Of a stretch of DNA of 64,000 nucleotides, positions 11,301 to 35,734 are shown piece by piece (positions within the stretch are counted from its first letter, which is position 1; every line of letters starts with the position of its first letter). The stretch is from Podarcis liolepis. Lineage: Eukaryota. A program made the translations under genes and the position numbers. A model generated the notes under the pieces. The model saw only the letters and a program-made list of their open reading frames with translations. It was not told the DNA's origin and did not search any database. The stretch lies in the NCBI GenBank assembly GCA_965112155.1, contig OZ218110.1. One strand, written 5' to 3'.

Positions 11301-14300
11301 AGGACTCTGACTCACTCATACTTAAGTGTGAACTAGCAGAAGGGGCCAATGGGACCTGCACCAAAGCTTGACAGTGCCTAATGCTCATGTTCAGAGTGCC
11401 AGCCAGCCCTGCCCTTTCCCAGGGCACAACTTTCCACATCTCTCCAGACCACCCGGCATTCTCCTCCTACCCAGCATGCCCTGTATTGTCGGGCTGTTTG
11501 GGGACAGAGGGACTATTTTTGTACTTTCCGCCAAACTTTGGGGTTCCCCCCTCACCCAGCTTGCCGATATCTCCCAGCTCTGCGTGGATAGCATCTCTTT
11601 AACTACAGAAGGATCCACACTTGAGAGAATTGAGATTGAGAGTAGCGCATTTGACCAAAGCAAAGAAGAGCTGGAATAAAAGGGGGGCAGAGGAAGTGCA
11701 ATGTTCAGAAGGCAGCAGGCATCCGTGTGCAGGTAGGCCTCTCACCTCTGCCTTGGTCTTCTTCTCAGCAGCCATGAGCTGCACTTTGTCCCGCTGCTCC
11801 TTGGGTGCCGACTTATACATGTCCAAGAGTAGCTTCATCTCCTTCTGACTCTCCTGAGCCTTCCTGAGGAAGGAAACAGGGTCAGCATGAAGTGGGGGGG
11901 AAACCTTGCACCCCAGGGGTTATTGCTTTGAGACCTATGAGAAACTATGGGGGTGCAAAGGGAGGCTTCAAACTGTCTTACAAGGAACCTCTCAGTTGGG
12001 GGGGGGGGGTAACTATTTCAGTGAAGTTCTAGCTTACAGAGATCTTTCTTACCTCCCCCTGGGTCCAAACACCAGAGTGAGGGGCCTACCACCAAGGCCT
12101 GCCTCCTGAAACCCTAACATCTTGGCAAAGCATTTTCTGGGCCTCCAGCTCTTCAGCTGCAATAAAGCCCTCCAGAGCCCCATCTCCCCCTCTGCTGAGT
12201 GCAGAGGTGCAGCTGCTCCCAGGAGCCAAAGCACTGGCACAGATCCTCCAGGTTCACGGCCTTTCCTGAGGCCGCCGTGCCCTCCCCTACCCAGTGCTAT
12301 CCCCCCCAAAAAAACATCCTCTCCCCACTTCCCCACCCCCATTTTGAAACGGCGCCATCTTCCACCTCCCTCACTTGAGTTCAGTCCGCAACTGCTTGAG
12401 CAGATCAGAATCCTTTTTCTTGGGGTCCTCAGAGCCTCCGCCACCCTTCTGCTTCTCCCGATCACGCGATGAAGAGGAAGAGGAGGAAGATGACGAGGAG
12501 GAGGCCTCTTTGTCCCGGTCCCGGGATCTCTCGCGATCCCCGCTCCGTTCCCCACCGCTGCGCCCCTTGGACCGCTCAGGCTCCTTGGCGCGAGGGGGTG
12601 GGGGTGGCTGTGGGGCGAGGGGCTGTGGGGCAGGCGGCTCCTCTTCTTCCTTTTTCACCCCTTCGTGGATCCCAAGAGGCTGGGGGGCAGCAGCTTCCTC
12701 CTTGGGCTCCTTCTTCATTTGCACCTCCTTCGGCTCTTTTTTCACGTCGGGAGGCGCTGCTCCCTCTTCCTCTTTCATGGTGGCGACCCCTGGGGGCCCC
12801 AGCAGCCCTGCGGGGTCCTCAGCCCCTGGCGTAGGGGGCGCTGCCGTGGAGCTGGAGGAAAAGCCACTTTGCTGCAGCCGAACCTGAGCAAAGAACAAAC
12901 AGACATGAGCTGCAGGGTAAGGTGGCCGTCACAGCACCTGGAATTATGGAGCTCAAAGCAGGGGGTGGCCAGAGGCCACTTGCAGTCCCTAGCAGACTGT
13001 CATATGGGTAGCAAGGAGGAGAAATACCACTCGCTGAGTGGTAGAGCATCTATTTTGCACACAGGAGCTCCCAGGTTCGATCCCCAGCATCTCCAGGTAG
13101 AGCTGAAAATGTTTCCTTTCTGAAAACAGGACAATATTGAGCAAGATGGACCAATGGATTGGGCTCAGGGTAAGGCATCGTCCTCTGTTCCTGCGAGAGA
13201 AGGAGTGTCCTGGCCACTTGGGGCTCTGGCCCCATCCACCGCCAGCATGCAGCCCCCAAGAGATTCCTTTGGAGGGGGGGTCATTCCCTGAAACCTCCCC
13301 CTCCTGCAGCCCCACCTTGTTGATCTCTGCCTGCACTTCCCGGAGCTTCCGCTTGTACCGCTGCACGTCGCCCTTCAGCTGGTGGTTATGGTTCTGGAGG
13401 CTGCTGATCAGGTGGCGCATCTCTCGGTTAATGGGACCTCGGGATCAAACGGAGGGAGGGGGGAAGAGAAGAGTGAGAATGAACAATTTGGTAGGCAGAT
13501 GACTTCTGCACAGGGCAGACCTTAGAGCAGGGTTTCCCCAACTGTTCATGGACTACAATTTCCATCATCCCTGACCACTGGCCCTGCTAGTTAGGGATGA
13601 TGTTCTTGTAGTCCAAGAACAGCTGGATACCCAAGTTTGGGGAAACCTGCCTTAGAGTATTAAAGGGAGAAAAATATTCATTTGGGGCCAAACCACGAAT
13701 GCTCAGTGGGAAGGAATGCGGCCTCACCTGCTTGCTCGTTGGCGGCCAAGTTCTGCTCAAATTCAATGCGCAGCATCTCATATTCTTTGCGCACCTGGGC
13801 CAGGGTGTCCTCCAGCTGGATCACCTCCGTCCGCAACTTCTTCTGCAGGTTCAGCTCATCACTCTGTTGCCGAGGAAGATGGGGAGGGGCAGGAAATATC
13901 AGCCGGGGGGAGGGGGAGAACAGGGTGCAAGACCACTCTTTCTCCTTGGTAGCTTTCGCAGTCTGACAAACAATGGGGGGGCGTAAGCTCTTCCCACTGA
14001 AATGAACCTAAATCAAGGGTGCCCACTGATTTCAATGGCTAATTTTGGATGGCACCCAGGGCTTCGTGAGATTATGCTATCCGGGCCTAAAGGGAAGGCC
14101 ACCAGCGGCCACTAGCCATGACGGCTATGTCTTCCTCTACTGTTGGATGCCTCCGAGTGCCAGTTTCTTGGCATTGTGGGGAGAGTAGGGCTCTTGCATG
14201 CTGGTTCTGGCTTGTGGGTTTCCCAGGGGCATCTGGTTGATCCAGCAGGGCCCTTGTGCGAAACTGCAAAACTGCTTTCTTTACCATTCTATCTAATGCT

Positions 14301-17110
14301 ACAAAGCAAAGAGGTACAGGAAAGGGTTAAGCACGCCTGCTTTCAGGAGTCAGAGAGCAGGCACACACACTTCACGGGCTCCCTCACCTCCATGTGCTCG
14401 ATGTGGCGCAGGTGGCTGTTCTTGGTGGTGAGCAGAAGGGCTCGGGCCTCATCCAGCTGCGTTTTCACCTGCAGGCTCTCGTTGTACAGCAGCGAGAACT
14501 GAGACTGCAGCACTTTGTATTCCAGCGTCTCTTTCACCGCCTCCTCGGGCAGGCTCCGCAGCGCCACCTGCAGGGGAAGGGCAGAGAACAGGTGCCTGGG
14601 GGAGGAGAGCCACGGTAGCTCTCCACGTCAACTGCCCCACGTCATCACCCCTGGGAGTGGTCTTGGTGGCTCTTTTAAAAGAAACATGTCCCATCCTGCA
14701 TGTTTGGGTGTATTAAGTGTAATAGCAAGTGTACAAAAAAACCCACCGGAAGCAAATGCGTCAAAGGCTCAAGATACTCAGCCTGAGGCTTGTGCCTTTC
14801 TGCCTGATTGCTGAGAGGCTTCGGATGCTGCATGAATGAGTGTACTTAAAGGAGGCATCTGAAGTTGTTTGGACTGGTTTGGTTCTATTGATAAATGTTG
14901 GGGGAAGGGGAGTCATGGGAACATAGGAATCTGTCAAGAGCATTGGTCAATTTAGGTCAGCACTTTTGATTGACAGCGAACATTTCCAGCCTTAGCTGGA
15001 GATGCCAGGGACTGAGCATTTGACCTTCTGAGCTACGAGCCTTCCCCAAAGTCTTTTGCCAGGAAGCAAAGAACACACAGGTCCTGCTTTCTGAACACAA
15101 TGCATTCTCAGAAAATCGTTCATTAGGCAAGCGTGCATATAACAAGTTAATGGTTTTCATTATTTCCTATAGGAACATTTCTAATCCATGCTTTCTCACT
15201 CCATGCTTTCTGCCTGAAACTGCTGCAGCCAATCAGCAAAAGTAAAACAAAGGAAAAATAGATTTGTCCAATCTCTCTTGTTCCCCGATTTGTCCAATCG
15301 CTCTAATTTCCTGCCATGGTTTTGGCCTGAAACGGCAACTGCTGACCAGCAAAACACAAACAAGAAAAGAACTGGACAAACTCCAGCAGTTCGGATATCT
15401 GAGTCAGCCGTTTGTGAATAATTCTTTGTGTTCAGATAAGTGAGATTTTGGATAACAAGTGTTCCGATAGCAGGACCTGCGTGTAATGGACTGAGGTGCC
15501 AAGAAGAAGAATATGAAATACTGAAGCACTACAGCTACACAGATGGAGAGAACCTGGAAATGCACAGAAACAGAGCTCTTCAGAGACACTGCTCCCCCCC
15601 ATCACAAGGACTAGAAACATAAATAATATCCCTCTGCACCTGCAAAAGTGGCTCTAAAGCAGATTCTCCAGAACTATCATTCCTGGTCATACTAGCATAT
15701 TTTCAGCCTGCCACTAGAGGGCATTCTGCTTCCCTTCCCCAAATTCCACAGGAGGCTCTTCCTTACCTTGAGCTTCTCATTGGTCCTCACAGCCTGCTGC
15801 ATTTCATGTTGCAGTTTCTCCAGCTCCGCCATGCGGCTGTTGGCAAGCTCTTGGTGCTCCTCCAGCTCCGCGTTCAGCATCTCAAACTGCAAAAGCCCAG
15901 GCACAAAACTGAAGCAGGAAGATTCCACAAAGGGAAGCGTTTGGACCTGCAAGACTCGCATCCCAGCGCCGCTGACACCCCCCCACCCCCTGGTTGTTTT
16001 TCTCCCGCTTACCTTCTGCATGCTAAGTGTGATCTGCCCACCCTGGAACCCGCCGGAACTGCCTGATGCGTAGTAGCCCGAGTTTAGCTGCCAAAGGAGT
16101 TAGAGAACAAAGTTCAGTGCCTTGAATGCTACAATGAACCATATTGGCCCATGGGCTGAGCGGGGGGAACAGGGGAGCCCTGAAGATCTTTGCTTGCCTG
16201 TTCCAGGGCCTCAGCCAGGTGCTTGTTCAGCTTCTGCTCCCGCTTGCGCAGCTTCTCGATATCCCACTGCAGGTCCTCGATGGTCGTCTCCATCTCCAGC
16301 ACTTTGGTCTCGGAGGAGGTCACCTTGTCCTGCAGTTCCGTGTACTAAGCGAGCCAGAGGAGAAAAAGATGCAGACAGGCCGGGCTTCAGAACGATTCTC
16401 TCCCACAAAGCGGCATTGGCCATGGGAAGCCCCGCCTGCACCGGCCCTTTGCTGGCATCTGACAAGGAACCTACCTCCAAGGAGATCTTATGGTGCTTCT
16501 CTTGCAGCTGGGTGGTCAGGTCCTGCAAGTGCCGATTCTCCCTCATCAGGTCCTTGTTGAGAGACTTCACTGCTTCTTCCAGTTGGTCAAACTCCACTGG
16601 GGAAAGAAAGAGGCCCCTGAGAACCCAGGACGCCAACTCCCAGCCCCCGCTCCCAGCAACTTCCTCAGCTGGCTGCTACAGGCTATTTACAAGTTTGCAT
16701 TAAAACATCTTACGATTCCTTCACCGCACAGGCATGACAAGAACAGAGAAGACCGTGCTGCTTCCAACACCTCTCTCCTCAAGGGACCAGAATTCTGCAT
16801 CTCAACAATCTCCCTTTTCCATTAATTAAAAAACTTACCTGGTTTCTCCACAGGTCCTATTTACCGCATGCTACACTTATGCCTCCATTTCTAACAACCC
16901 TTTTCTGCTATCTATTCCACATGAATTCCAAGTCACATTAGGGCTTTTCAGAAACACCCCCTCTGAACTGAACTGAACAAAATCAAACAATACCAAATAG
17001 AACATATTTTGGTTTGCTTTGCCCTTAAAGCAAAAGAACTGTTTAGGTCAGCATCTCAGACACAGGTAGGAACCAAACCTTTTAATACCAGGCTTTTACC
17101 ATCTCAATAG

Positions 17111-17144
<34 letters not shown>

Positions 17145-20100
17145 TACCCTTGAAAATCAATAAAGCACAATTATTATTATTAATAACAATAATTAAAGCA
17201 TTCATGTCAGCATCAAAAAAAGATCCCATGAGGTGACCCAACTGAACTCCAGAAGGATCTTTCCCCCAAAACACTGCCAAAGTAGACAACTTTATCCATA
17301 ACTCTTGCTTTTGCTTTGCTGCTTTTGCTAGCTCATTTCTATGAATTCTTTTTTTTCTGCATTTTTGAAAATTTAATTTAAAATGTCATATTAAAAAAAA
17401 CAAACCTCCCTTTTCTAACTGATGCCTGGAGATAAAAGTTATGTAAAGGATCCTGAGAATGCTGTCAAAATCTACCTCATAGGGTTGTTGTGGGGATTAA
17501 ATGATATAGGGCAGAACCATGTAGAACACCTGGAGCTCCTTAGAGAAAAATGTGGGAAATAAATGTGCTAAAATAATAATTATAATAATAATAATGCTTC
17601 AAAAGGTGCCTGCTCAGCCCAGCTCTGACATGGGGCCTGGCCTCACCCCGGGCGTGGATCTTCTGGCAGAGTTCCTCGGTGCGCCGGTGGATCTTGTCCG
17701 AGAACTCCACGATGCGGGAGACGGCAGCTTTGGAGAACTCCATGCGCTCCTGGAGCTGCAGCTCAATCTCTTCGCTGCTGCTGCTGGCCAAGGTCGCCAA
17801 GAAGGAGAGGGCTGACTCGTTCAGCACAAGCCCCGCTCCGGCTTTCCAGGGGGCGGGGGGAGTAACGGGGGACAGGACTGCCTCTGTGGGGACCAGAAGA
17901 ACAGCAATGGTTACTGGCTCCGAGGACGGGAGCTGCGTCTCCTCCCAGCATCCTGTATCAGAGAGAGCTGGGCTCACCTCTCCTCTCCAGCCCCTCCTGC
18001 CCCAGGAGAGAGGCATCCAACTCGGCTCCCGTCATCTCCAACTTGGGCTCCTCGAGAGGCTGGCCGCATTCTCCATCACATCGCCTCAGCAGCACTTGCA
18101 CAGTCTCATCCAGCTGTAGAAATTGGGGGGGGGGAGAGAGCTTGAGAAAGACACAGGGAGAGAGAGGACATAGGGGATGCCACAGGCAGGGCTGGGTGAA
18201 TACCAAAACTATCCAGCTTCCAAACCATGCCAGTTATCTCCATTTGGCTTGTGATTGTCACAAGGAAGGTGACACAGGAGCAACACGGCAAAATATCGCT
18301 CCCCAACCACTTAGAAGCTCTGCTTAATGCCCTGCTGGTTTCCTAACGCTTCCACCAGCTGTTGAACTGATCATCAACTTCATCTTGTCAACCTTAAGGA
18401 CCAAAAACTTAAGAAAACGATCAGCCAGGAAGGCGCCCTGACCTGCTTCCAGTAGCGGTTGACAATCAGGAGAGTGGCATCATCGGTGGCCTGCCTCTTC
18501 TCCAGCTTTTCTATGCGCTCACGCAGCTCGTCCTCAAAGGCCTGCCGCTGCTCCAGACGCTCAGCTAATTTCTTGTTCTTGAACTGGAGCACCTTGAGGT
18601 CCATCTCCTCCTGAAATAAAACAAAATGTCAGAATGTAAATCACAGAATGATCCTTGGCCATTTCCATCAACAACTCCAAGTTCTNNNNNNNNNNNNNNN
18701 NNNNNNNNNNNNNNNNNNNNNNNNNNNNNNNNNNNNNNNNNNNNNNNNNNNNNNNNNNNNNNNNNNNNNNNNNNNNNNNNNNNNNNNNNNNNNNNNNNNN
18801 NNNNNNNNNNNNNNNNNNNNATATGGTCCATCATCATTTACCCTAATGAGGCAGAAAACTATAACTAGAATGAATTCCACCCCCCCCCTTTTTAATTGAC
18901 CATTAATTCTAAAAGGGTGCAGATCAGTGAAAGAACACATGCTTTATTTGCAAAGGTCTCAGATTTGAACCCCAACATCTCCATGAAGGATTAGGAAGGA
19001 CTCCCTGCTAAAAGCTGGTGCTAGACACTGCCAACAATACCAATCAACAGTCTGAGTCAGTATAAGGCAGTTTTCTATTCTTTTAGTTCAAGATAGATAA
19101 ACGTATTGCTGTGCATACACTGACAGATAGCATATAGACAGTAAAAGTAAGCGTGAAGAGGATGTTGGGTGGAAGGATGTTATAAAGGAGTCAATATGCC
19201 TATTAAAGAGTGAGAAGGAATTTGCTGGCACTGATAGGTGAACCTATGGCCTTGCTCTTCATCAAGCCCCTGCCTATGATGTAACTTTTGCTCTCCCAAT
19301 AAGATTGTTGCTTAGTTGCCCAACTGCAATTCTCCTTGATATGGTACTTAATTTCTACTTGTGTACAAAGCTAAGGTGAGGGAAGGCCCCTATATAAGCC
19401 TGAGTCATTTATAGGCCACAACTCTACTTTTGTGAGTTCCCAGCAGCTGCTGCTGTTCTGACCAAGCAAAAACTGTCTTTGAAATCACAACTTGTGTGGT
19501 TAAAAGACGAAAATCTACCACAGGGGCCCATGCCCCTGTTGGCAAGGCTCACATCAGGAAGCAAACCTGGAATCTGCTGCTTAACATTTTCCTCTAAAAG
19601 TGGTGGGGGAAGGTATTTCTAACTCCTAAATCTTAGCATCTAATTTTATGCCACCAGTCCTGCAGAGATATTTCAGATACCCAGCTACCAACATCCAGTT
19701 TCTAGGCAAAATTATAGGCATGGATTTTTTTTTCCTGGTCCCAACCTATATGATATTCTTTATTACAGAGTTGCCTATTTAAAAAGCCTGATCTGGAGCA
19801 TACTTGCCCCCCCAAATTCCCAACATTTATTTCCAGAAGGGGTTTTTTTAATTTAAAAAAATCAAAACAATTAATTGCCATATAGAAAGAGTTCTCTTCT
19901 CACAGTGCCCAGCCAGATGCCCATGGGGAGCCCACAAGCAGGACCTGAGGGAAACAGAACTGTCAAGCTCAGGTTCCCCAGCAGCTGGTATTCAGTGCAA
20001 GCTGCCTCTGACAATTGAGGCAGAATGCGGTCATAACTAGTGGCTGCTGACAGCCTTATCCTTCATGAATCTGTCCAACCCCCTTTCAAAGCTATTCAAT

Positions 20101-20336
20101 TTGGCAGCCATCATGGCACCTTGCAGAAGCAAATTTCATACTTTTACCACCACCGCCGCCACCCGAGTACTTCTCCACCCTGCACTCAATCCCCTGGTCC
20201 TCACCGTGGAAGAGATGCCCCCCAGGCGGATGGGCTCAATCAGGGTAGTGGTAGTCTTCTCCTCCCTGTTGGATTTCTTCTCAGGGGGCCCAGAGCCCCC
20301 ATCCCCAGCTGCCCGCTTGCTCACAAGTCCCGACAT
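8331..20336 (-). CDS. RNF40: E3 ubiquitin-protein ligase BRE1B (histone H2B K120 monoubiquitination), ~1036 aa, 19 coding exons
   Basis: Exons: 20205-20336, 18443-18610, 17978-18113, 17647-17883, 16475-16596, 16198-16344 (GC donor), 16013-16087, 15767-15886, 14388-14567, 13728-13863, 13316-13437, 12375-12883, 11746-11863, 10790-10939, 10084-10296, 9850-9975, 8918-9058, 8612-8713, 8331-8507; total 3111 nt, frame intact. N-terminus [21 protein letters not shown], long coiled coils, C-terminal C3HC4 [58 protein letters not shown]. Non-coding exon 1 ends at 21468. Confidence 0.97.
9386..9659. mobile_element. Tc1/mariner (Tigger-like) MITE
   Basis: TIRs CAGTGGTACCTCGGGTTA / TAACCCGAGGTACCACTG with TA duplication on both sides; internal tandem 16-bp repeat GTAACCTGAAGTGTAT. 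Confidence 0.9.
13528..13649. mobile_element. Short hAT-type MITE (122 bp)
   Basis: Imperfect TIRs CAGGGTTTCCCCAACT / AGTTTGGGGAAACCTG; 8-bp TSD CCTTAGAG at 13520-13527 and 13650-13657; palindromic core gactaca...catcatccct...agggatgatg...tgtagtc. Confidence 0.85.
15078..15479. mobile_element. Decayed TIR DNA-transposon derivative (probably Tc1/mariner-like)
   Basis: 11-bp TIRs CAGGTCCTGCT / AGCAGGACCTG; TSD not clean. Confidence 0.6.
17114..17143. repeat. (AAT)n microsatellite
   Basis: aataataataat... read directly. Confidence 0.9.
18686..18820. other. Assembly gap (135 N) in an RNF40 intron
   Basis: Run of n; flanking exons splice in frame, so no coding exon appears to be missing. Confidence 0.99.
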
Positions 20337-21439
20337 GGTGACTCTGAGCAGCAGGCGAGAGCAGAGGAATCAGGCAGTCAGCCAAGGGGGCAGCGCTTCA
20401 GCTACAAAGGGAAAGGAAAAAAAGAGAGGGTGAGTTACAGTTGCCCATAAGTAGACTAGTGTGACATTACTCCTCCCATAGTCAAGACCAGGTACTGCTT
20501 CCCATATCTGGTCAGAGATGCAGAAAGAAGGGGATCAGCTATGCTAAACAAAACACAGAGGGCAAAAGGGGTGTGTGGCAGGTAAGGAAATGCAGTGACA
20601 TTATCAAGGAATCATGCAAATTTTTATAAGAGGCCATAGAGGGGAACAAAAGTTGCCGATATTGCTGCTAACTCCCCCTCCCCCCGTGTGCTCTTTAAAA
20701 GTTATATACCAGGCCAAAAAACAACAGGTGTCCCCTGGTTCAGAGACAGTTAATGGGGAAGAGGCACCTGCTGAACCACTGATGTCTATCTTGGTGCTGT
20801 ACCAAGAGCTCTGCTGGGCGGAGAGCTGTTGACAAGCAGATAAAAAGAAAGCATAGGTTTGGAGAAGAGGTAAGACATAGCAAAAAAAAGAGGAATTCAA
20901 GTACACTATGGAAAAATATTCTTAAACTGAGAGTTAACACACCAAAATAAGGAGTGATATAAGGGGGGGTTGCGGGGGGAGGGAAAAAATGGGAAGGAGG
21001 CAAAGACTTCACGCCCTATTTTTAAAGACGAACTGAAGTGTGTCCCCCCCTCGCCCCAGCTTTGCTCCTTCTCTCTGGCATGTGTTTCAGGTGCGAGGGG
21101 TGGGGGTCCCGCGTCCCTCCACCAGAGGCTGCGGGCCTCCGACTCCCCTCAGACCCTCCGTCGTGGGGAGACACTGGGGGTCGCAGTCCCAAGAGCCTCT
21201 GCAGGGCCACAGGCTCCCCACCTGACTCCCGACCCCGCCGGAACCACCTCACAGCCCTGACAACTCTAGGGAAGGATGAGGCCACCTTTCAAAGGGCAGC
21301 ATCGGAATACCCGCCAAGGCGGGCGGGGCTTGTTCTGGGGAAAGTTCAGTTAGGAACAATCCACATAGGCAAGGCGGGGGACCTCAATAAGGCGGGGGGG
21401 AGACGTGCAGGGAGCGTGCTGTGAGGGGGGGAGTCTGGT

Positions 21440-22167
21440 GTCGGGGGGGGTCTCCTCTCACACTCACCTGCCTGAGCGCCCCTCCCCGCCCCCGGCTGCG
21501 GCTTCCTCGTCCTTCTCCCCCCGCCCCCCATGCGTTACTCCGGCCGAGAAACGCCAGCGCGCCTACTGCGCATGCTCTCGCGCAACCATTCTCAAGGCCC
21601 AACCTTCGCCTCTTTGCCGAGTGCGCATGCGCAAACCCAACCTCAAGCTATTGGGCAAAGCGCGAAGCAGGGCTGCACTGGTTAACCTCACCGAGACGCC
21701 TTAACGGAAGCGCGCTCTGTGATTGGTTCTTTCTTTATCGTAGACTTCCCATAGGTAGAGTGATGCGCGCCGCAGGAGACCCTTGAATGGGAGATTTCGA
21801 TCCAACATGTCAACTTATGCTTCAGGTCCTTAACTTAAAATGCAAATTTTAATCCAGGAAGATTCTACTCGGCGCCCAACACTGAGGTCCTTAGGAATAA
21901 AAGAGCTTTTCTAGCTCTATGGCGTCCGAACAAAATTCACATATGTTATGATGTCGCTCTAAATATTCTATCTCTACTGATACTCTCTCTCCCCCCCCCC
22001 CACCGCCGGAATACTTCAAAGAGAACCTCTACAATTGGCTAAGCGCTTCGCCCTCAAGTGTTCCTCGTTCTTATTGGACGAATTTCGACGGAATTCCAAT
22101 TGGCTGAAGCAGAGATTGCTATGGCAACGCGTGATTCCCCCAACCTTCTACACTCCGACAGCCAGAG
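21440..22167. promoter_or_regulatory. Bidirectional CpG-island promoter shared by RNF40 (-) and CFAP119 (+)
   Basis: CpG-rich. Perfect NRF1 palindrome TGCGCATGCGCA at 21622-21633, several CCAAT/ATTGG boxes, GC boxes, and RFX X-box-like ATTGCTATGGCAAC at 22115-22128, ~40 nt upstream of the CFAP119 ATG. Confidence 0.85.
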
Positions 22168-26625
<4,458 letters not shown>

Positions 26626-27982
26626 GCAGGTTGGGAGGCGAGAGAATTAGCTTTTTTAGATTAGAATGTTGAGAGGTTATCAGGCCCCACCCATAAAGTA
26701 TCTCATTGCTCAGAAATTGTGGAAATGAATAATAGTCAAAAGGGGGGTGGGCCAGAAAGACCACACTTTTAAATGCCTTTTAGAAACCTGTTTTTCAGAA
26801 ACTTTCTACAGAAACTGTGATGTTAAGACATTAAAGAGCTTTCCAAACAATCGGTACCACTGTTGCACATCTTCTGTGTGTAGGATCCAGGCTGTATCTC
26901 CTCTCTCTCAGCCTGCTGCATTCCCCATCTGAAGCACTCAAACCATTGTATAGAGTAGGTCTCCTCACACCCTACTAGCAGAGCTGCTACACTTTGGGGG
27001 CGCTGTCTGAATTGGGGATGTGCGAGTATTGCAGGCCTCATGCGTCCATGCCATCTCTCTCACTGGACCGGCTGCTGGAGTGAAACTGAAACACTGCCTT
27101 TCTTCAGATTTTCTCTTGAGTCCCTTTGACTCCCACTCTGTCCCACTCTTCTCAAGCTGAACTCTTTCCCCGTGGGTGCACACCCCTTCCAGCAGCAACA
27201 GGATACCCCCACCCCCAAAACCTTGAACACCCCTTGGATTTTTCACAGGAGAAATTCAACTCTGTGCCCTGTCCCAACTGAAAGAATATGGCTGCTTCTT
27301 AGGAAGCAAAGAAAGCCAAAGTCCGGCATCAGTTTTGGTCACATTCCATTTTATTCTAATTGTGACATCACGGATGTGGAAAGATGGCACAACCAGGTGG
27401 AAAATAAAATACAATATAATCTACAGAGAAGGGTCGAGCCCAATTCCTGCTAGTAGGGAAAGGGAACTCTGCAATTTCCAATCCCAATCCACCCCCTTCC
27501 TCCCTGGACCACCCATACTGGCTATATGCAAGGATTGATCCCTCAGCAATGGTCAAATTGGCTGCTTTGAGGGGCAAGAGGTAGCAGGTCCCCTTACTGT
27601 GGGAAGAGATGCAAGGACAGAAAGTCCTCCTTCTGGCAACACACAGATAAACCTCCCTAATCCATACACATCTAACTATTCAGATGCTCCGTATTCTTGC
27701 CCTACACAGATATCAGGGCCCTTCCCAGGTATGTTAGGGGACCCTTAGTTTTCGACAGCCACAAACTCAGGAATTCTTTCCAGAAGGCAAAGAAGTCCTT
27801 GTTCCCCAAGAAATTGGACCCCCCTTTGCATGCAAGGATGATACCTCCCCACAGGAGGTACTTGCCGTTCCCCCAAGAAGAGATGGAAGGTGGTGGGACA
27901 GTTCTTGAAGTGGCTCCTGCCTCCCTTCTTCGTTCAGGGACCCAGTGATTCCGCAGTTGCTCAGGGAGCAGCAACCGGGTGT

Positions 27983-35734
<7,752 letters not shown>

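Noticed and set aside
18565-18940. ORFs containing X runs
   Set aside because: Artefacts of translating through the N gap.
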